Origin: Bacteroidales bacterium
GTDB lineage: Bacteria; Bacteroidota; Bacteroidia; Bacteroidales; GCA-2748055
Direction: 5' to 3'
DNA length: 64,000 bases
Assembly (NCBI GenBank): GCA_023138875.1
Contig: JAGLOO010000035.1
Span: forward strand, 1,722-65,721
The notes under the pieces are model-generated. The model ran no database searches. It was not told the DNA's origin and was given only the letters and a program-made list of their open reading frames with translations. Shown here piece by piece: positions 1-15,000 of this stretch; the first letter of the stretch is position 1; each line of letters opens with the position of its first letter. The position numbers and the translations under genes are program-made.

Positions 1-3000
1 GCAACAGGTACGGGAGGAGTTATAGAATGGTATGATGATCCCCGGCATAGAAATCCACCGGACCTGGTTCATACTGGTGCCTCTTTTACACATGGAGAAA
101 CTGCACCTGGGGTGTATAACTGGTGGGTAACAGAATCAAGAGACTATGGTTCTGGAGTTACATGCCCCAGTGATACATCCAGAAGTACTTTAACTATTAC
201 TCCCATCCCCAACAAACCTGACATTAGTGTTGCGGGTCCGACTGATTTCTGTTTTGATGGAGGTGTGACAAGCGTCACGCTGACCGCTAATCCAAATGAA
301 CCTCCCACCATCATTAGCTATCAGTGGTATAGAAATGGAATTTCTGTTGGCGGAGCGACATCCAATACGATTGTTCTTGATGCAATTGCAGAAACTGGAA
401 ATTATATTGTAAGAACTTACGGCGTTGCACCAACCAACTGCCCCAGTCCTTTTACTGATCCACAGGTTATTAATATTTACGCACTTGCCACAACTACCGA
501 TCCACCAAACAGAATGATTTGTGCTGATGACAATATGACCACCGGGAATACGACGTTTGGGGTGACGGTCGGGGGTGCGGCGCATGCCATTCAGTGGCAG
601 CGGTCCGACGGAGGACCATGGGTGAATATTACAGCTGCTGCTGCGCCAAATGATGGTTGTACATACGGTGGTTTTACTACGGCTACACTTTCGATTACCG
701 AGGCTGATTATGCAATCAACGGGTACCTCTATCGTGTTAAGCTTACCACTACAGCGGGTGCCTGTGAAATATTTTCCGGTTCGGGATTGCTTACTGTCAA
801 CCCAATTCCCAACATCACCACACAACCTGTTGACCAGACAGAGTGTGAGTTTAACAATGCTGCTTTTAATGTAGCTGCCAATATTGTGGCCGGTTCCATT
901 GACACTTATCAATGGCAGAGAGAGAATTCGGATATTAATGCCGGTACGGATGGGGGAGCTTATACTGGTTTTACGACAAGTACGCTGACGGTTAATAATC
1001 CTGACAGAACATTTGATAATAACCGTTACAGGGTTATAATTACAAGTGACCAGGGTTGTCCTTTGAGAAGTAATAACCAACGATTATACATCAATCCCCT
1101 TGCTGATATTACAACACAACCTGTGGCGGCTGAGATATGCGAAAATGACAATACTTCATTTTCGCTAGCTACTGACGGAAATCCTGCCGTTACCGGTTAC
1201 CAGTGGCAGGTGCAGACTGGAGGGGTCGGGCCATGGAATAATGCGGCAGGGATTGTTTACAATGGTGGTGCAACTGCTACACTCAACCTTACCGGTGTCC
1301 CCATAGGTTATAGCACAAACCTCTATAAATGTGTACTTACTACAAATGGTCCGTGTCCCATTGAATCCAACACGGCATTACTTACGGTTAATCCGAATCC
1401 GACAGCATCTATTAATCCTGCTGCACCTGCAGAACTGTGTACTGGAGATGTGATCAATTTTGACGGTCAGCCCGCAGGCGGAACAGGAGGCTATTCACAT
1501 AGCTGGACGGGTGATACGGGACCGCTCAGTGTCACAAATACGCAAACACCCAACTTTACCGCTCCCGTACTGGGAAGCCAGACTACCTATAACCTCACCT
1601 ATACAGTTACAGACGGCAAGACATGTACCGGTACGGATAATGTTGCAGTGGTTGTTAATCCAACGGTGACAGTAAACGTTATGGCCAGCCTGGCCGAGGT
1701 ATGTTCCAATGGTACAGTGAACCTCGATGGTGATCCGCAGGGCGGAACAGGCGCTATTACCAGTTTGTGGACCGGAACAGGAGCTGGGTTTCTTTCCGGA
1801 ACAGGAATAGCTACACCCACCTTTACTGCCCCTGTTGTAGTGGTCCAGACAACCTATACACTCACCTATAGAGCTACAGATACCAAAGGCTGTTATGCAG
1901 AACAATCCATCAATATCGATGTAAATCCCAATCCTTCAGCCTCAATCCTGCCCGGAGCACCGGGAGAACTCTGTTACAACGAAGTGCAAACGCTCGACGG
2001 GAATCCTTCAGGAGGTACTGGTGGGTATATACATGCCTGGACAGGCGATGTGACACCACTGGATGTTACAAACACAGTAGATCCTGATTTCACAGCTCCT
2101 TCAACCGGAGTGCAGACTACTTATAACCTCACATATACCGTACAGGACGGTAAGAGCTGTATGGGTACAGATGTAGTCACACTCACGGTAAATCCGGAAG
2201 TAGTAAGTGCAGTGCTGACCGGTGATGCCAGTATCTGCTCAGGCAACAACGCCGATCTGCAGGTAGCGATCACGGGTGGTACAGGCAACTTCACCGTAAC
2301 ACTCAGCGACCTTGTTCCGCCACTCATCACTACTGAGAATAACTATGTGAGCGGTGCCAATATCACTACAGGACCGCATACTGCTGCCACAAACACCTAT
2401 ACCATCAGTTCCGTTGTCGACAGCAAGGGTTGTCGCGCCACCTCGGAGACCGGATCGGCCACTATACTGGTTGGTTCCATACCAACCGCAGCAGTGCTTA
2501 CAGGCGGTACAGCAATTTGCCTGGGTCAAACCACACCTCTGCAGGTAAACATTACCGGTGGTGCACCTCCATATAAAGTGGTATTCGATGTGCTGCCGGA
2601 TGAAACCAATTACATTTCCGGAGCTGACATTGCCACTGGCATCCTCGGACTGGGCACCTGGGATTTCAATATCGTAAGTGTCACAGATAACTGCGGAGTC
2701 CTCATCAGCGGGGCAGCAGTTGCAGGTGGAAATCCGCAACAGATCACTATAAATCCGATCCCGGTTATCACAGCCACAAATAACGATGCAGTGATATGCA
2801 GCGACGGAACAACAAATATCGGTCTTGCTACATCAGTGGGAAATACCGTGTACAACTGGACGGTAAATGACGGCGGTGGTGTTACATGGGTAGGAGGAAG
2901 AGCGCCGGCAAACGGCAGTATCACGGATGGTGTTGGTGTACAGACCATACTCCAGAATCTGCAGCACACCATGAATACAACTGTTTCGGTGGTTTATACC

Positions 3001-6000
3001 ATTACATCTGCAGGGCCCCTTCCAACCACATGTGCAGGAAATACTGAAATAGAGACCGTCATTGTTGAACCGACTCCGGAGGCTGCTATTACAAACAGCA
3101 CGCAGACCATTTGTGATGGTGCAGCGCTGACCGGCATGGCTGTAAGCAGTGTGGTAACACACAACGGAGCACCAACTTTCGACATGGCGATTGTGGCTAC
3201 TACAGGGAACCTGGGTGATCTTACTGCAACCGGTGTGGCGCTTACTACTTTGTTGGGACAAGCCTATCCGTATACCATAACAGGTACCCTGACCAATAAT
3301 ACAAATGATGCCATTGTTATAGAGTACAGGGTAACACCCAAGCTGGCAGGCTGCAGCGACGGTGCCGTAGAGGTGGCTACAGTTACAATTGAGCCAACAC
3401 CAATAGCAGCGATCTCCAACAGTACACAGACCATTTGTGATGGTGCCGGATTCACCGACATGATCGTCTCCAATGTGGCTACCCACAGCGGAACACCGGA
3501 GTTTGACATGACCATTACAGCTACCACAGGAAACCTGGGTGATCTGACTGTCACCGGAAATGCGCTTACTCCGCGTACCGGAAGGGCATATCCTTATACC
3601 ATCAGTGGCACCCTAACCAACAACACCGATGATGCCATTGTCATAGAGTACAGGGTAACTCCGTTGTTACCAACTTGCAGCAATGGTGCAGATGTACTTG
3701 CAACAATTACCATTGAGCCGACACCGGTAGCAACCATAAGCAACAATGCACAGGTGTTGTGCGACGGAGGGGCGCTGACCGGTATGACCGTGAACACAGC
3801 AGCCAATCCAACAGGAGTTGAGACCTTCGACCTGACCATCGTGGCTACTACAGGGCTCCTGGCTGATCTTACAGCGACCGGACTGGCACTTACAACTGTA
3901 TCCGGACAGGCGTACCCATATACCATCAGTGGTACGCTGACCAACAATACAGATGATGCCATTGTAGTTGAATACAGGGTAGTACCCAAACTGGCAGGCT
4001 GTGGTGACGGAGCGCTGGTTACAGCAACTGTTACAGTGGAGCCCACACCGGTTGCCGCTATTTCGAATGCGGCTCAGACAATTTGCGATGGAGCATCCAT
4101 TGCAGATATGATCGTTTCTAATGAGGCCACTCATAACGGCACTCCGGAATTTAATCTGGTCATTACAGCTACCACAGGCAACCTGGGCGATCTGACAGCC
4201 ACCGGAAATGTGCTGACAGCTGTAGCCGGACAGGCCTATCCCTATACCATCAGTGGTTCGCTGACAAATAATACCGATGATGCCATTACAATTGAATACC
4301 AGGTAACTCCCGTGTTACCAGGTTGCACCAATGGTACAGATGTGTTTGCTACAATTACCATCGAACCGACACCTGTTGCCGCCATCTCCAATGCGGCTCA
4401 GACACTTTGTGATGGTGATGCGCTGACCGGAATGGTTGTAACAAGTGCAGCCAATCCTGCAGGAGCCGAAAGCTTTAACCTGGCCATTGTGGCCACCACA
4501 GGAAATGTTGGTGATCTGACAGGCACCGGGAACTCCCTGACCACTGTCCTGGGGAATGCTTATCCATACACCATCAGCGGTACACTTACCAACAACACCG
4601 ATGATGCCATTACCATTGAATACCGCATTACTCCCCTGCTGGCAGGATGCAGCAACGGTGCAGTTGAAACAGCCGTTGTAACTATTGAACCCACACCTGT
4701 TGCCGCGATTTCAAATGCGGTTCAGACACTGTGCGATGGTGATGCACTGGTCGGAATGGTGGTTTCCAATGAAGCTACCCACAGCGGGACACCTGTGTTC
4801 GATCTCTCTATTGTGGCTACCACAGGCAACCTGGGAGACCTCACAGCTACCGGCAATTCCCTGACCACACGGGTTGGAGAGAACTATCCTTATACGATCA
4901 GCGGTACGCTGACAAACAATACGGATGATGCCATTGTGATTGAATACAGAGTAATACCCACATTGCCCGGCTGCACAGATGGCGCTGAAGTAGTTGCTGA
5001 AGTAACTATCGAACCGACACCGATTGCGACTATAAGCAACAATGCACAGGTGCTTTGCGATGGTGATGCGCTGACAGGAATGATCATTGCCACTGCCGCC
5101 AATCCTTCAGGTGTTGAAACATTTAACCTGGATATCATTGCCACGGTTGGAAATCTTGGTGATCTGACTGCCACCGGTGGTGCCCTGACCACCGTTGCAG
5201 GTGGAGCTTATCCATATGCGATCAATGGTACGCTGACAAATGATACGGATGATGCCATTACGGTACAATACAGGGTGACTCCCCTGTTGGCAGGATGCAG
5301 CAATGGTACGGTAGTTACAGCCACTGTAACCATTGAGCCGACTCCTGTAGCCGCTATTTCGAATGCGGTTCAGACACTGTGCGATGGTGATGCATTGGTC
5401 GGAATGGCTGTTACCAATGAAGCCACACACAACGGCACACCGGAATTCGATCTCGTAATCGTTGCCACCACAGGGTTGCTGGGCGACCTGACGGCCACCG
5501 GTCTGGCACTTACTACTGTATCGGGACAGGCCTATCCATATACCATTAGCGGAACACTGACCAACAACACCGATGATGCCATTGTAATAGAGTACAGGGT
5601 AACTCCGCTGTTGCCTACCTGCGGTAATGGAGCTTTAGTAACCGCTGTTGTGACCATTGAGCCGACACCCAAAGCCGCGATTTCGAATGCGGCACAGACA
5701 CTATGCGATGGTGATGCGTTGACAGGAATGGCTGTAACAAGCGCAGCCAACCCGACCGGGGCTGAATCATTCAACCTGGCCATCGTGGCTACTACGGGCA
5801 ACCTGGCTGATCTAACGGCAACCGGACTGGCGCTTACTACTGTATTGGGACAAGCGTATCCATATACCATCAGTGGTACGCTGACCAACAATACAGATGA
5901 TGCGATCACCATTGAATACAGGGTTACTCCCCTGCTTGCAGGATGTGGAAATGGTGCAATGGAGACAGCAGTCATTACCATTGAACCAACTCCGATTGCC

Positions 6001-9000
6001 GCGATTTCGAACAATGCACAGACCATTTGTGACGGGGCTACGCTGACAGGCATGGTTGTTACCGATCAGGCTACACACAGTGGTGCACCGGCATTCGATC
6101 TCGCCATAGTTGCCACCACAGGCAACATTGGTAACCTGACAGCTACAGGAGTTGCACTTACCACACAGTCGGATCAGGCCTATCCTTACACCATCAGTGG
6201 TACACTGACGAACAATACCAATGCTGCCATTACCATTGAATACCGGGTAACACCGAAACTGACAGGTTGTGGCAATGGGGTGCTGGTTACTGCAGTTGTA
6301 ACCATTGAGCCGACACCTGTTGCCGCGATTTCCAACAATGTACAGACCATTTGTGACGGCGATGCCGTGACCGGCATGGTTGTTAGCAATCTGGCCACAC
6401 ATAGCGGTGCAGCAACATTTGATCTGGATATAGTGGCTACTACAGGGAACCTGGGAGATCTTAGTGCAACAGGTGTGGCGTTAACTACTGTTACAGGGGA
6501 AGCATATCCATATACGATCAACGGTACGATCACCAACAATACATTTGCCACGATAGTTATTGAATACAGGGTAACACCTCTGCTTGCAGGCTGTAGCGAT
6601 GGTGTTGTTGTAGTATCGGAAGTAACCATTTACCCGACTCCAACTGCCAATCCGGCTCCCCTGACACAGACCATACCGAATGGCTCCGCAACAGATATCA
6701 CCATGGGCGGAGATGTGGCAGGAACTACATTTGGATGGCGTGTGCTGAATCCGGGTACTACCAATGCAACCGATGGCGGACCTCTGAATATAGGTGAAAA
6801 GATAACGCAGACACTTGCCAATAATGGTGCTGTCCCAATCACTGTTACATACAGAATAGGGCCATCGGCCAACGGATGCACCGGCGATTCCACGGATGTG
6901 GTAATTACCATCGATCCTTCCGTTGATATGACCGTGGTGAACAATGCGCCTCATATCTGTACCACGGGAAGTTCGGACCTGGATCTTTCCAGTTCGGTGG
7001 CAGGAGCCACCTTTGCGTGGACAGTAACGGATCCGGGTGGTGCAGGGGCATCAGCCGGAAACGGCGGTCCCAATACCCATACCATCCAGCAACAGCTGTT
7101 TAATGTGACCACAGCTCCCATTACCGTCACCTATCATATTACCCCGACGGGACCAGGACCAACTTTTATTATTGGTACGACCCAGGATATTGATGTAACG
7201 GTCTATCCCAAACCGGTGGGAATCTATACCAACCGGGAACCGCAGATCTGTAACGGAAGTGCGGCAAATATTGAGTTGGACAGCGATGTGGCCGGCAGCA
7301 CCTTTACATGGACGGTGACCGATCCGAGTGGTGCTTCGGGTGCCACTCCTTCCGGGGCAGCCCTTGCCATTGGAGATTCGATCTTCCAGGTGCTGGCCAA
7401 CCTGGGAACAACGGCGTTTACGGTGACCTATCATATTCGTCCAACAGGACAGGGCGCTGTTACCTGTCCGGGCGATATCCTGGATGTGGATGTGATCGTC
7501 GATCCCACTCCGGTGGCTTCTGTTACCAATACAACTCCTGTTATTTGTAGTGGAGAGACAACGGATATTACCCTGAATGCTTCAGTGGTGGGTTCCACCT
7601 TTACTTATGCGGTTGCTGACCCGAAGGGTACCGGTGCCACAGGCGGAGTTGGTGTGATTGGCAGTGTGATCAGTCAGCTGCTGGTGAATGCCACCCAGAC
7701 ACCTGTTACCATTCAATACGAGATAATCCCATCAGGACCCGGAGCGACTGCCTGTCCGGGTGCAGCCGTGTATGAAAATGTGACGGTGAACCCGTTGCCC
7801 ATCACTTCGGCCATCACAGGCATTGATACGGTATGTGAGGGAACTGCCAACCTGGTGTTCTCGGTGGTCCATACGGCCGATTCATACTACGAGTGGAACG
7901 TTCCTGCCATTTTGGGAAATATTACCTTTGGCGGAAGCGGGCTTGACAGCTATGCCGCAATCGTCCTGGCAGCCAACACAGCGGTGCAGGTAACCGATTC
8001 CATCTGGGTATTCGAGACCAACCAGTACGGTTGTACAAAGGATACCATATACAAACCCATGACCATCATTCCGTTCCCGGTTCAGGTTAACATTACCGGG
8101 GATGCGGCGGTGTGTGCACTCACCACCCATACTTACAGTGTGCCCAACAACGTGGGTAGCACCTACCAGTGGTTCATTCCGCCGGGAGCAGGATTTGCCT
8201 CGGCCGATCCCACCATCAATACGGTGGATGTGACATTCGGACTTATATCCGGACAGGTGCGGGTGATCGAGACCAGTTCGGGAGGATGTGTGACCATACA
8301 CAATCCGCTGAATATAACTGTGAACCAGCTGCCCATCACCACACTGAATGCGGATAAGATCGCTGCATGTGATGGCGATACGATTACTTTCACAGCCGGA
8401 CCGGCCGCACAACTGAATTATGAGTTCTTTGTGAACGGGGGTTCTGAACAGAATGGTGTGTCCAATATCTTTAAGACGGCCGGCCTGGTGAACAACGACC
8501 AGGTGACCGTCAATGTGACCTCTGTGGACGGATGCGAGAATCTGAGCATGCCGCTGGCCATTACCATATACGATCCGCCGGTGGTGATCCTCTCCAGCTC
8601 GGATGCGGATAACATTATCTGTGCAGGTGAGAATGTCTCCTTCATGGGAACGTCCGGTTCCGCAGTTAATTACAACTTCTTCCTGAATGGTGTGTCGCAG
8701 CAGAGCGGAGCGCTGAACTTCTGGTCCACCATCGGACTGGTGGATGGAGACGAGGTACACGTGGAGGCACTCTCAGCATTCGGATGCTGGGGTGGAAGCG
8801 ATACAATTACCACGACCGTGAATGCGCTTCCGGTGGCGGTGATTTCGGGCGACAATACCATCTGTCCGGGCAACTCCACCGACCTGGCCGTGAACATTAC
8901 TGTGGGCGCTCCCAATTATGATGTGACCATTGACAACGGAGTGGGTTTGTTGAGTAATTATGTGAGCGGGACGGCCATCCCGGTTTCACCGGCCTTTACC

Positions 9001-12000
9001 ACTATCTATACGCTGGTATCTGTAGTAGATGCCAATGGTTGCTTGTCAGCCATCCTGACACCTTCTGCACCCAATCTGACAGGTTCAGCGGTGGTGACTG
9101 TAAGGGATACCGTTGAGATCCTTACCCAGCCCAGGCAGGCTGAAACATGCGAAGGCATCGATACCAGCTTCTCGGTGGGTGCCATCGGGGACGGACTCAC
9201 ATTCCAGTGGGAAACCACCGATGACCTGGCCAATCCGTTTGGAAACATAGGCGGAGCTACTGCGGCTACCTATTTCGTGGTTGGTCCGACGGCGGCCATA
9301 GACGGACACTACTACCGGGTAAGGGTATCCAGCTCCTTCTGTCCTGAGTTTGCCTATTCAGATACGGTACAGCTGACCCTGAAATATGATCCGGCACTGG
9401 TGGCCCATCCGGCCGATCAGACCATCTGTGAAGCAGACGGAACCGGATTTGCCGTGAATGCAGGCCTGACCAGCAATCCCATCTACCAGTGGCAGGTAAG
9501 TTACGATGGCGGAGGTGCATGGCTCGACCTGGGCGATACGGCTGTATACAACGGAACCTCCACCGACAGTGTGGCGGTGATATCCGCTGCCTCCAGGTTC
9601 AATGGTTACCAGTACAAGGTGGTGGTGACCGGTGAATGCGGAACGCCCATTGAGTCCAACGTGGCTACGCTGACCATTGATGAGCGGCCCGAGATACTTC
9701 AGCATCCATCGGATATCACCGTATGTGAGGGGTTGCCCGTTTCTTTCAGTGTAAATGCCGGGGTAACATCCGGTGTGGTTTACCAGTGGGAAGTGGATAT
9801 GGGATCCGGTTTCGTGGTCCTTGGTGATACGGCTCTTGTCTATTCCGGTACTGCAGCTGATGTGCTCAATGTACTCAACCCGGAAAGCCGTTTCAACGGA
9901 TACGAATACCGTGCAGTGGTCAGTGGTGTATGTCCTGTACCACAGACCTCCAACCCTGCCTTGCTGATTGTCAATGAAATTCCGGAAATTGTTACTCAAC
10001 CGCTGGATGCAACGATCTGTGAAAACGAGAGTCCGCTCTTTATAGTGAATGCAGGGGTCACCTCCGGGGCCTCCTACCAGTGGCAGGTAAGTTACAACGG
10101 TGGCGGAGCCTGGTCCGACCTGGGCGATACGGCCATCTATACGGGAACTGCCAGCAATACGCTGCGTCTGACAGGTGTTCCATCCACCAATGATGGCAAC
10201 CTCTACCATGTGGTAGTATCGGGACTCTGTGTTCCGGCGGTAACTTCCGCAGATGTTACCCTGACCGTTCGTGAACGGCCGGAGATTATACAGCAACCTT
10301 CCGACACCATCGTGTGTGAAGGCGTTCCTGCCCGCTTCGATGTGGATGCCGGTGTCACCGCCAATGCCGCCTACCAGTGGCAGGTGAACATGAACGACGG
10401 AAATGGTTTCAACGACTTTGGTGACACGTTGGGTATCTACACCGGTTCCAGTCAGGCTGTGCTCCAGATACTGGTGCCCGCCAGCAGGTTCAACGGCTAC
10501 CAGTACAGGGTGATCGTTTCAGGCGATTGCATACCACCGCAGGTATCCAATACGGCGACCCTGACGGTGAATGAACTGCCGGAGATCACTGTTGAACCGG
10601 TGGATAAGACCATCTGCGAGGAGCAGAATACCTTCTTTACCGTAAGCAGCGGTGTAACCACCAATCCGCTTTACCAATGGCAGGTGGATATGGGATCGGG
10701 ATTTGTGGACATTGGATCCGATACCGGTGTCTACAGCGGAACCGGATCGCCCAACCTGTTTATGACACTTGTGCCCTCTGATTATAATGGATACGTTTAT
10801 CATGTAGTGGTCAGCGGAGCCTGTGCTCCGGCGATGACTTCTGCCGATGTGTTGCTGACTGTCAATGAGAATCCGGAGATCATACTGCAGCCGGAGAACG
10901 ATACGATTTGCGAGGGCGATGTTGCCACATTTACCGTTGATGCCGGAGTGACAACTTCGGTGACATACCAGTGGCAGGTGAACCGGGTGGGATTATGGGA
11001 AGACCTGAATGATGGTTTGGATTATACCGGAACGGATACCGGTATACTGACGGTGAACAATCCTGTGACCACATACCATGGATACCGGTACAGGGTGATT
11101 GTGAGCGGTGTATGTAATCCGCCGGTCACCTCCGCCGAGGCATTGCTGGTAGTGGACGAGCGACCCGAGATCATTACCCAGCCCGTGGACCAGGCATTCT
11201 GTGAGGATGGTGATCTCTACTTCCACATCCATCCTGGCAATACAACCACACCGGTGATCCTGTGGGAATACAGTACCGACGGTGTTGCATGGAACCCGGC
11301 AGACGGACTGCCCGAGATCACCGATGCATCCAATGATACACTGTTCTTAAGTGCCATTCCATCCGCCTACGACGGATACATGTTCCATGCAGTGATAAGC
11401 GGTAAGTGTCCTGCTGTGGTCACCTCAGACCCGGCAGTGATGACTGTCTATGAAAAACCACAGATCGATACCCAGCCGGTGGATGTGGATGCCTGTGAGC
11501 AGGATACAGTGATGTTCTTTGTGGATGCAGGTGTGACCACCAACCCGGCCTACCAGTGGGAGATCTGGAACGGGGCAGCGTGGATCGTACCACCGCCCGA
11601 TATCTATTCGGGAGTGAACACCGACACCATGTACATCAATGGCATCCATTCGGGCATCGACGGACTGCAGATCAGGCTCAGGCTGAGCGGTAGCTGTGTA
11701 CCCGGACTGATCTCCGATACGGCCATGCTGACGGTCTATGAACGGCCTGAAGTTGTTGGTCAGCCGCTTGATGTTACAATCTGCGAAGGCGACAGTGCCC
11801 TGTTTGGTGTGGATGCAGGGGTGACCACCAATCCAACTTATACCTGGGAGTATTTCGATGGCGGAAGCTGGCAGACAGCCAGTGGCGGATTCTTTGCAGA
11901 TGAGACCACCGATACCCTCAAACTGGAAGGCGTGCCGGCCACATGGACCGGTACTGAGTTCCGTGCCATCATAAGCAACCTGTGCGGACCCAACGATACC

Positions 12001-15000
12001 TCCACGGTTGTTGATCTGGTGGTCAATGAAAGGCCCGGGATCGTTACCCAGCCGGTGGATGTAACCACCTGTGAGGGCATTGCTGCCGCCTTCTCCATGA
12101 ACGCGGGCGTAACCACCAATCCGGGTTACCTGTGGCAATACCACGGCGGTGTGACATGGTTGCCGGTGACCGGAGTACAGTACAGTGGTCAGGGTACCAA
12201 TACCCTGAACATCCTGAATCCTGTTTCGGCCATGAACGGGTATGCATTCCGGGTCATTGTTACAGGATACTGCGATCCGTTTGTGATATCCGACAGCGTG
12301 ATATTCACCGTGGAAGAGAATGCCGAGGTAATCCAGCAGCCTGTGTATGCCAGCATTTGTGAAAACGGGGATACTATCTTTACGGTGAATGCCGGGGTAA
12401 CCACCAATCCGACTTTCCAGTGGTATTACAACGACGGTGTAAGCGGATGGCTGGCGGTGACTGCCGATGGCGTACATGCCGGGTTCCTGACCAACACCCT
12501 TGTGTTGAACAGTGTGCCATGGAGCATGGACAACTGGCTGTACCGTGCTGAGGTGAGCGGGGATTGCGGATCGACAGTGATCTCCGATCCGGCCGGACTG
12601 GTGGTATACAAACTGCCTGAAATTGTTGCACAACCGGTTGATACTACTACCTGCGAACTGCTCAATGTCTCGTTCACCGTGGATGTGGGCGATACGGATG
12701 CACCCTTCCTGCAGTGGGAAGAGAATGATGGTGTAAGCGGATGGCAGTTGCTGAGCGATGGCGGGAACTACATCGGTACCAACTCCACCGAACTGAAGGT
12801 CTACGCCGTGGATTCGGCCATGACCGGATTCAGGTACCGCGTAAGCGTCCGGGGTGAGTGTGATCCGGAGGTGATCTCCGGTGAAGTAACGCTGACTGTC
12901 CAATCGGCTCCTGATATCTGGACCCAACCGGTGGATGAGACCATCTGTGAAGGCGATAATACCAGCTTTAGCATATTTGCCACGGGTACCGGCATTACTT
13001 ACCAGTGGCAGGTGGATGCAGGAAGCGGATTTACAGATATAACCGGTTCCAACGGCGGAGTATATGCCGGATGGGACTCCAATACCCTGGTGCTGACCGG
13101 GGCTGACCGTACTTTCAACTTTAATAGATACCGGATACGTGTTGAAGGTACCTGTGTACCCATGACCCTCTCCAACCTGGCTATTCTGTTCGTGCAGACC
13201 CCGCCGGAGATCCAGACCGAACCGGTGGACAACACCATCTGCGAGTTCGAAAATGCCGTCTACTCTGTTAATGCAACGGGTGAAGGACTCTCCTACCAGT
13301 GGCAGGAAAGTACCAATGGAGGCGGGAACTGGAATGTGCTTAGCGATGTAGGATTCTACATTGGCTCAGCCACACCCACACTGAGCGTTTTCAATGTGGA
13401 ACGCGGCTACGACGGTTACATGTACCGTGTGATCATTACGGGTGCATGTGGCGTTCCAGCCCAGTCGGTGGATGTGAACCTGACCGTGAGAACTGCTCCG
13501 GAGATCCTGACCCAGCCGGTGGCGCTGACCGCCTGTGAGAACCTTCCGGCCGGCTTTGGCCTTGAAGCGCAGGGAACAAACATCATCTACCAGTGGCAGG
13601 TGAATGAAGGAACCGGTTTCAATAACATCCTTTTGACCGATCCGCTCTACACCGGGGCCGATACGGACAGCCTTACCCTGCTCAGCGCGCAGCCAGCCCA
13701 GGCCGGATACAGTTTCCGGGCTATTGTGACGGGTGACTGTCCCCCTGCGGCTATTTCCAACCCGGTGATCATGCTGGTGAATGCCAACCCGGTGATCACG
13801 AGCGATCCGGTGGATGATGCAATCTGTGAGGACGGATCAACAGTATTCAGTGCCGGTGCAACCGGACCTGAACTGGTTTACCAGTGGTATGTGGACCGCA
13901 ATGACGGGAATGGATTTGTGGTGCTGACCGATGATGCGGTGCACCTGGGATCCAATACGGATCAGATAAATCTGACCAGTGTACCGGTGACGATGGACGG
14001 ATGGCAGTACCGGCTGGATGTGTTCAGTGTATGCATGCCCATCTCAACGGCGGTGGTGACCCTGACCGTTTGGCCCAATCCGACGTCATCCATATTGGGA
14101 GATCTGCCCAATTATCCGTTGATATGCGGTGGAGATCTGCTTACCCTCGACGGGAATCCATCCGGTGGATCGGGCACCTGGTCCCTGCACCAGTGGACCG
14201 GGGATATCGGACCACTCTCTGCCATCAATGAGCAGGTGGTTGAGTTTGAAACCCTCATCAAGGGTCAGTACAACCTGGCCTATCGCGTAACGGACGACCG
14301 CGGATGCGTGGGAACCGATGTGGTGACCATTGAAAATGACAGGCCAACGGCCCAGTTCAGTTCCGATGCAGTTCCATCATGCGGTTACATTGAGGTGAAC
14401 TTTATCAATAACTCTACCGCCGATGCGGTAACATTCCTGTGGGACTTCGGTGATGGTACAACCAGTACCCAGGAGGATGTGAGTCACGGATTTGATAATG
14501 TTGATCCGGGGGGACTGGTGGCATATTACCATGTGAAGTTGATTGCCAGCAGCGTGAACAGCTGCAGGGATACGGCGCAAAGTGTGATTACCATCTATCC
14601 CAAGGTGGTTGCTACCATCGACGCTGATACGACAGAGGGGTGTCATCCGCTGGCTGTGACCTTCCTGACCCAGCCCGGCGGTGCAAGCTACTACTGGGAC
14701 TTCGGTGACGGCAATGCAGAAGACGGAGGTTATCTGGCCCACCACCTGTATGAGAACTATACCACTGCGGCGGTAACCCGTACGGTTGAGCTTACAACCA
14801 CTTCGTTCTACGGTTGCCAGGATTCCGAGACGCTGGATATTACGATACAGCCCATTCCGGCACCCAATTTTACAGCGGTTCCGCTGGTACAGACCTATCC
14901 GGACGCTACGGTAGCCTTCACCAATGAAACAACTCCTGGTCCGTGGACCTACCTGTGGGACTTCGGTGATTCCCTCTCATCAACCGAGGAGAATCCGACA

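Noticed and set aside
3067-6630. Whether the regular 324-bp array, or the smaller tandem repeats at 31211, 31631, 59320 and 63692, could be CRISPR arrays.
   Set aside because: The units abut with no unique spacers. They are in frame within coding sequence and far from CRISPR repeat length or structure. No cas genes are present.
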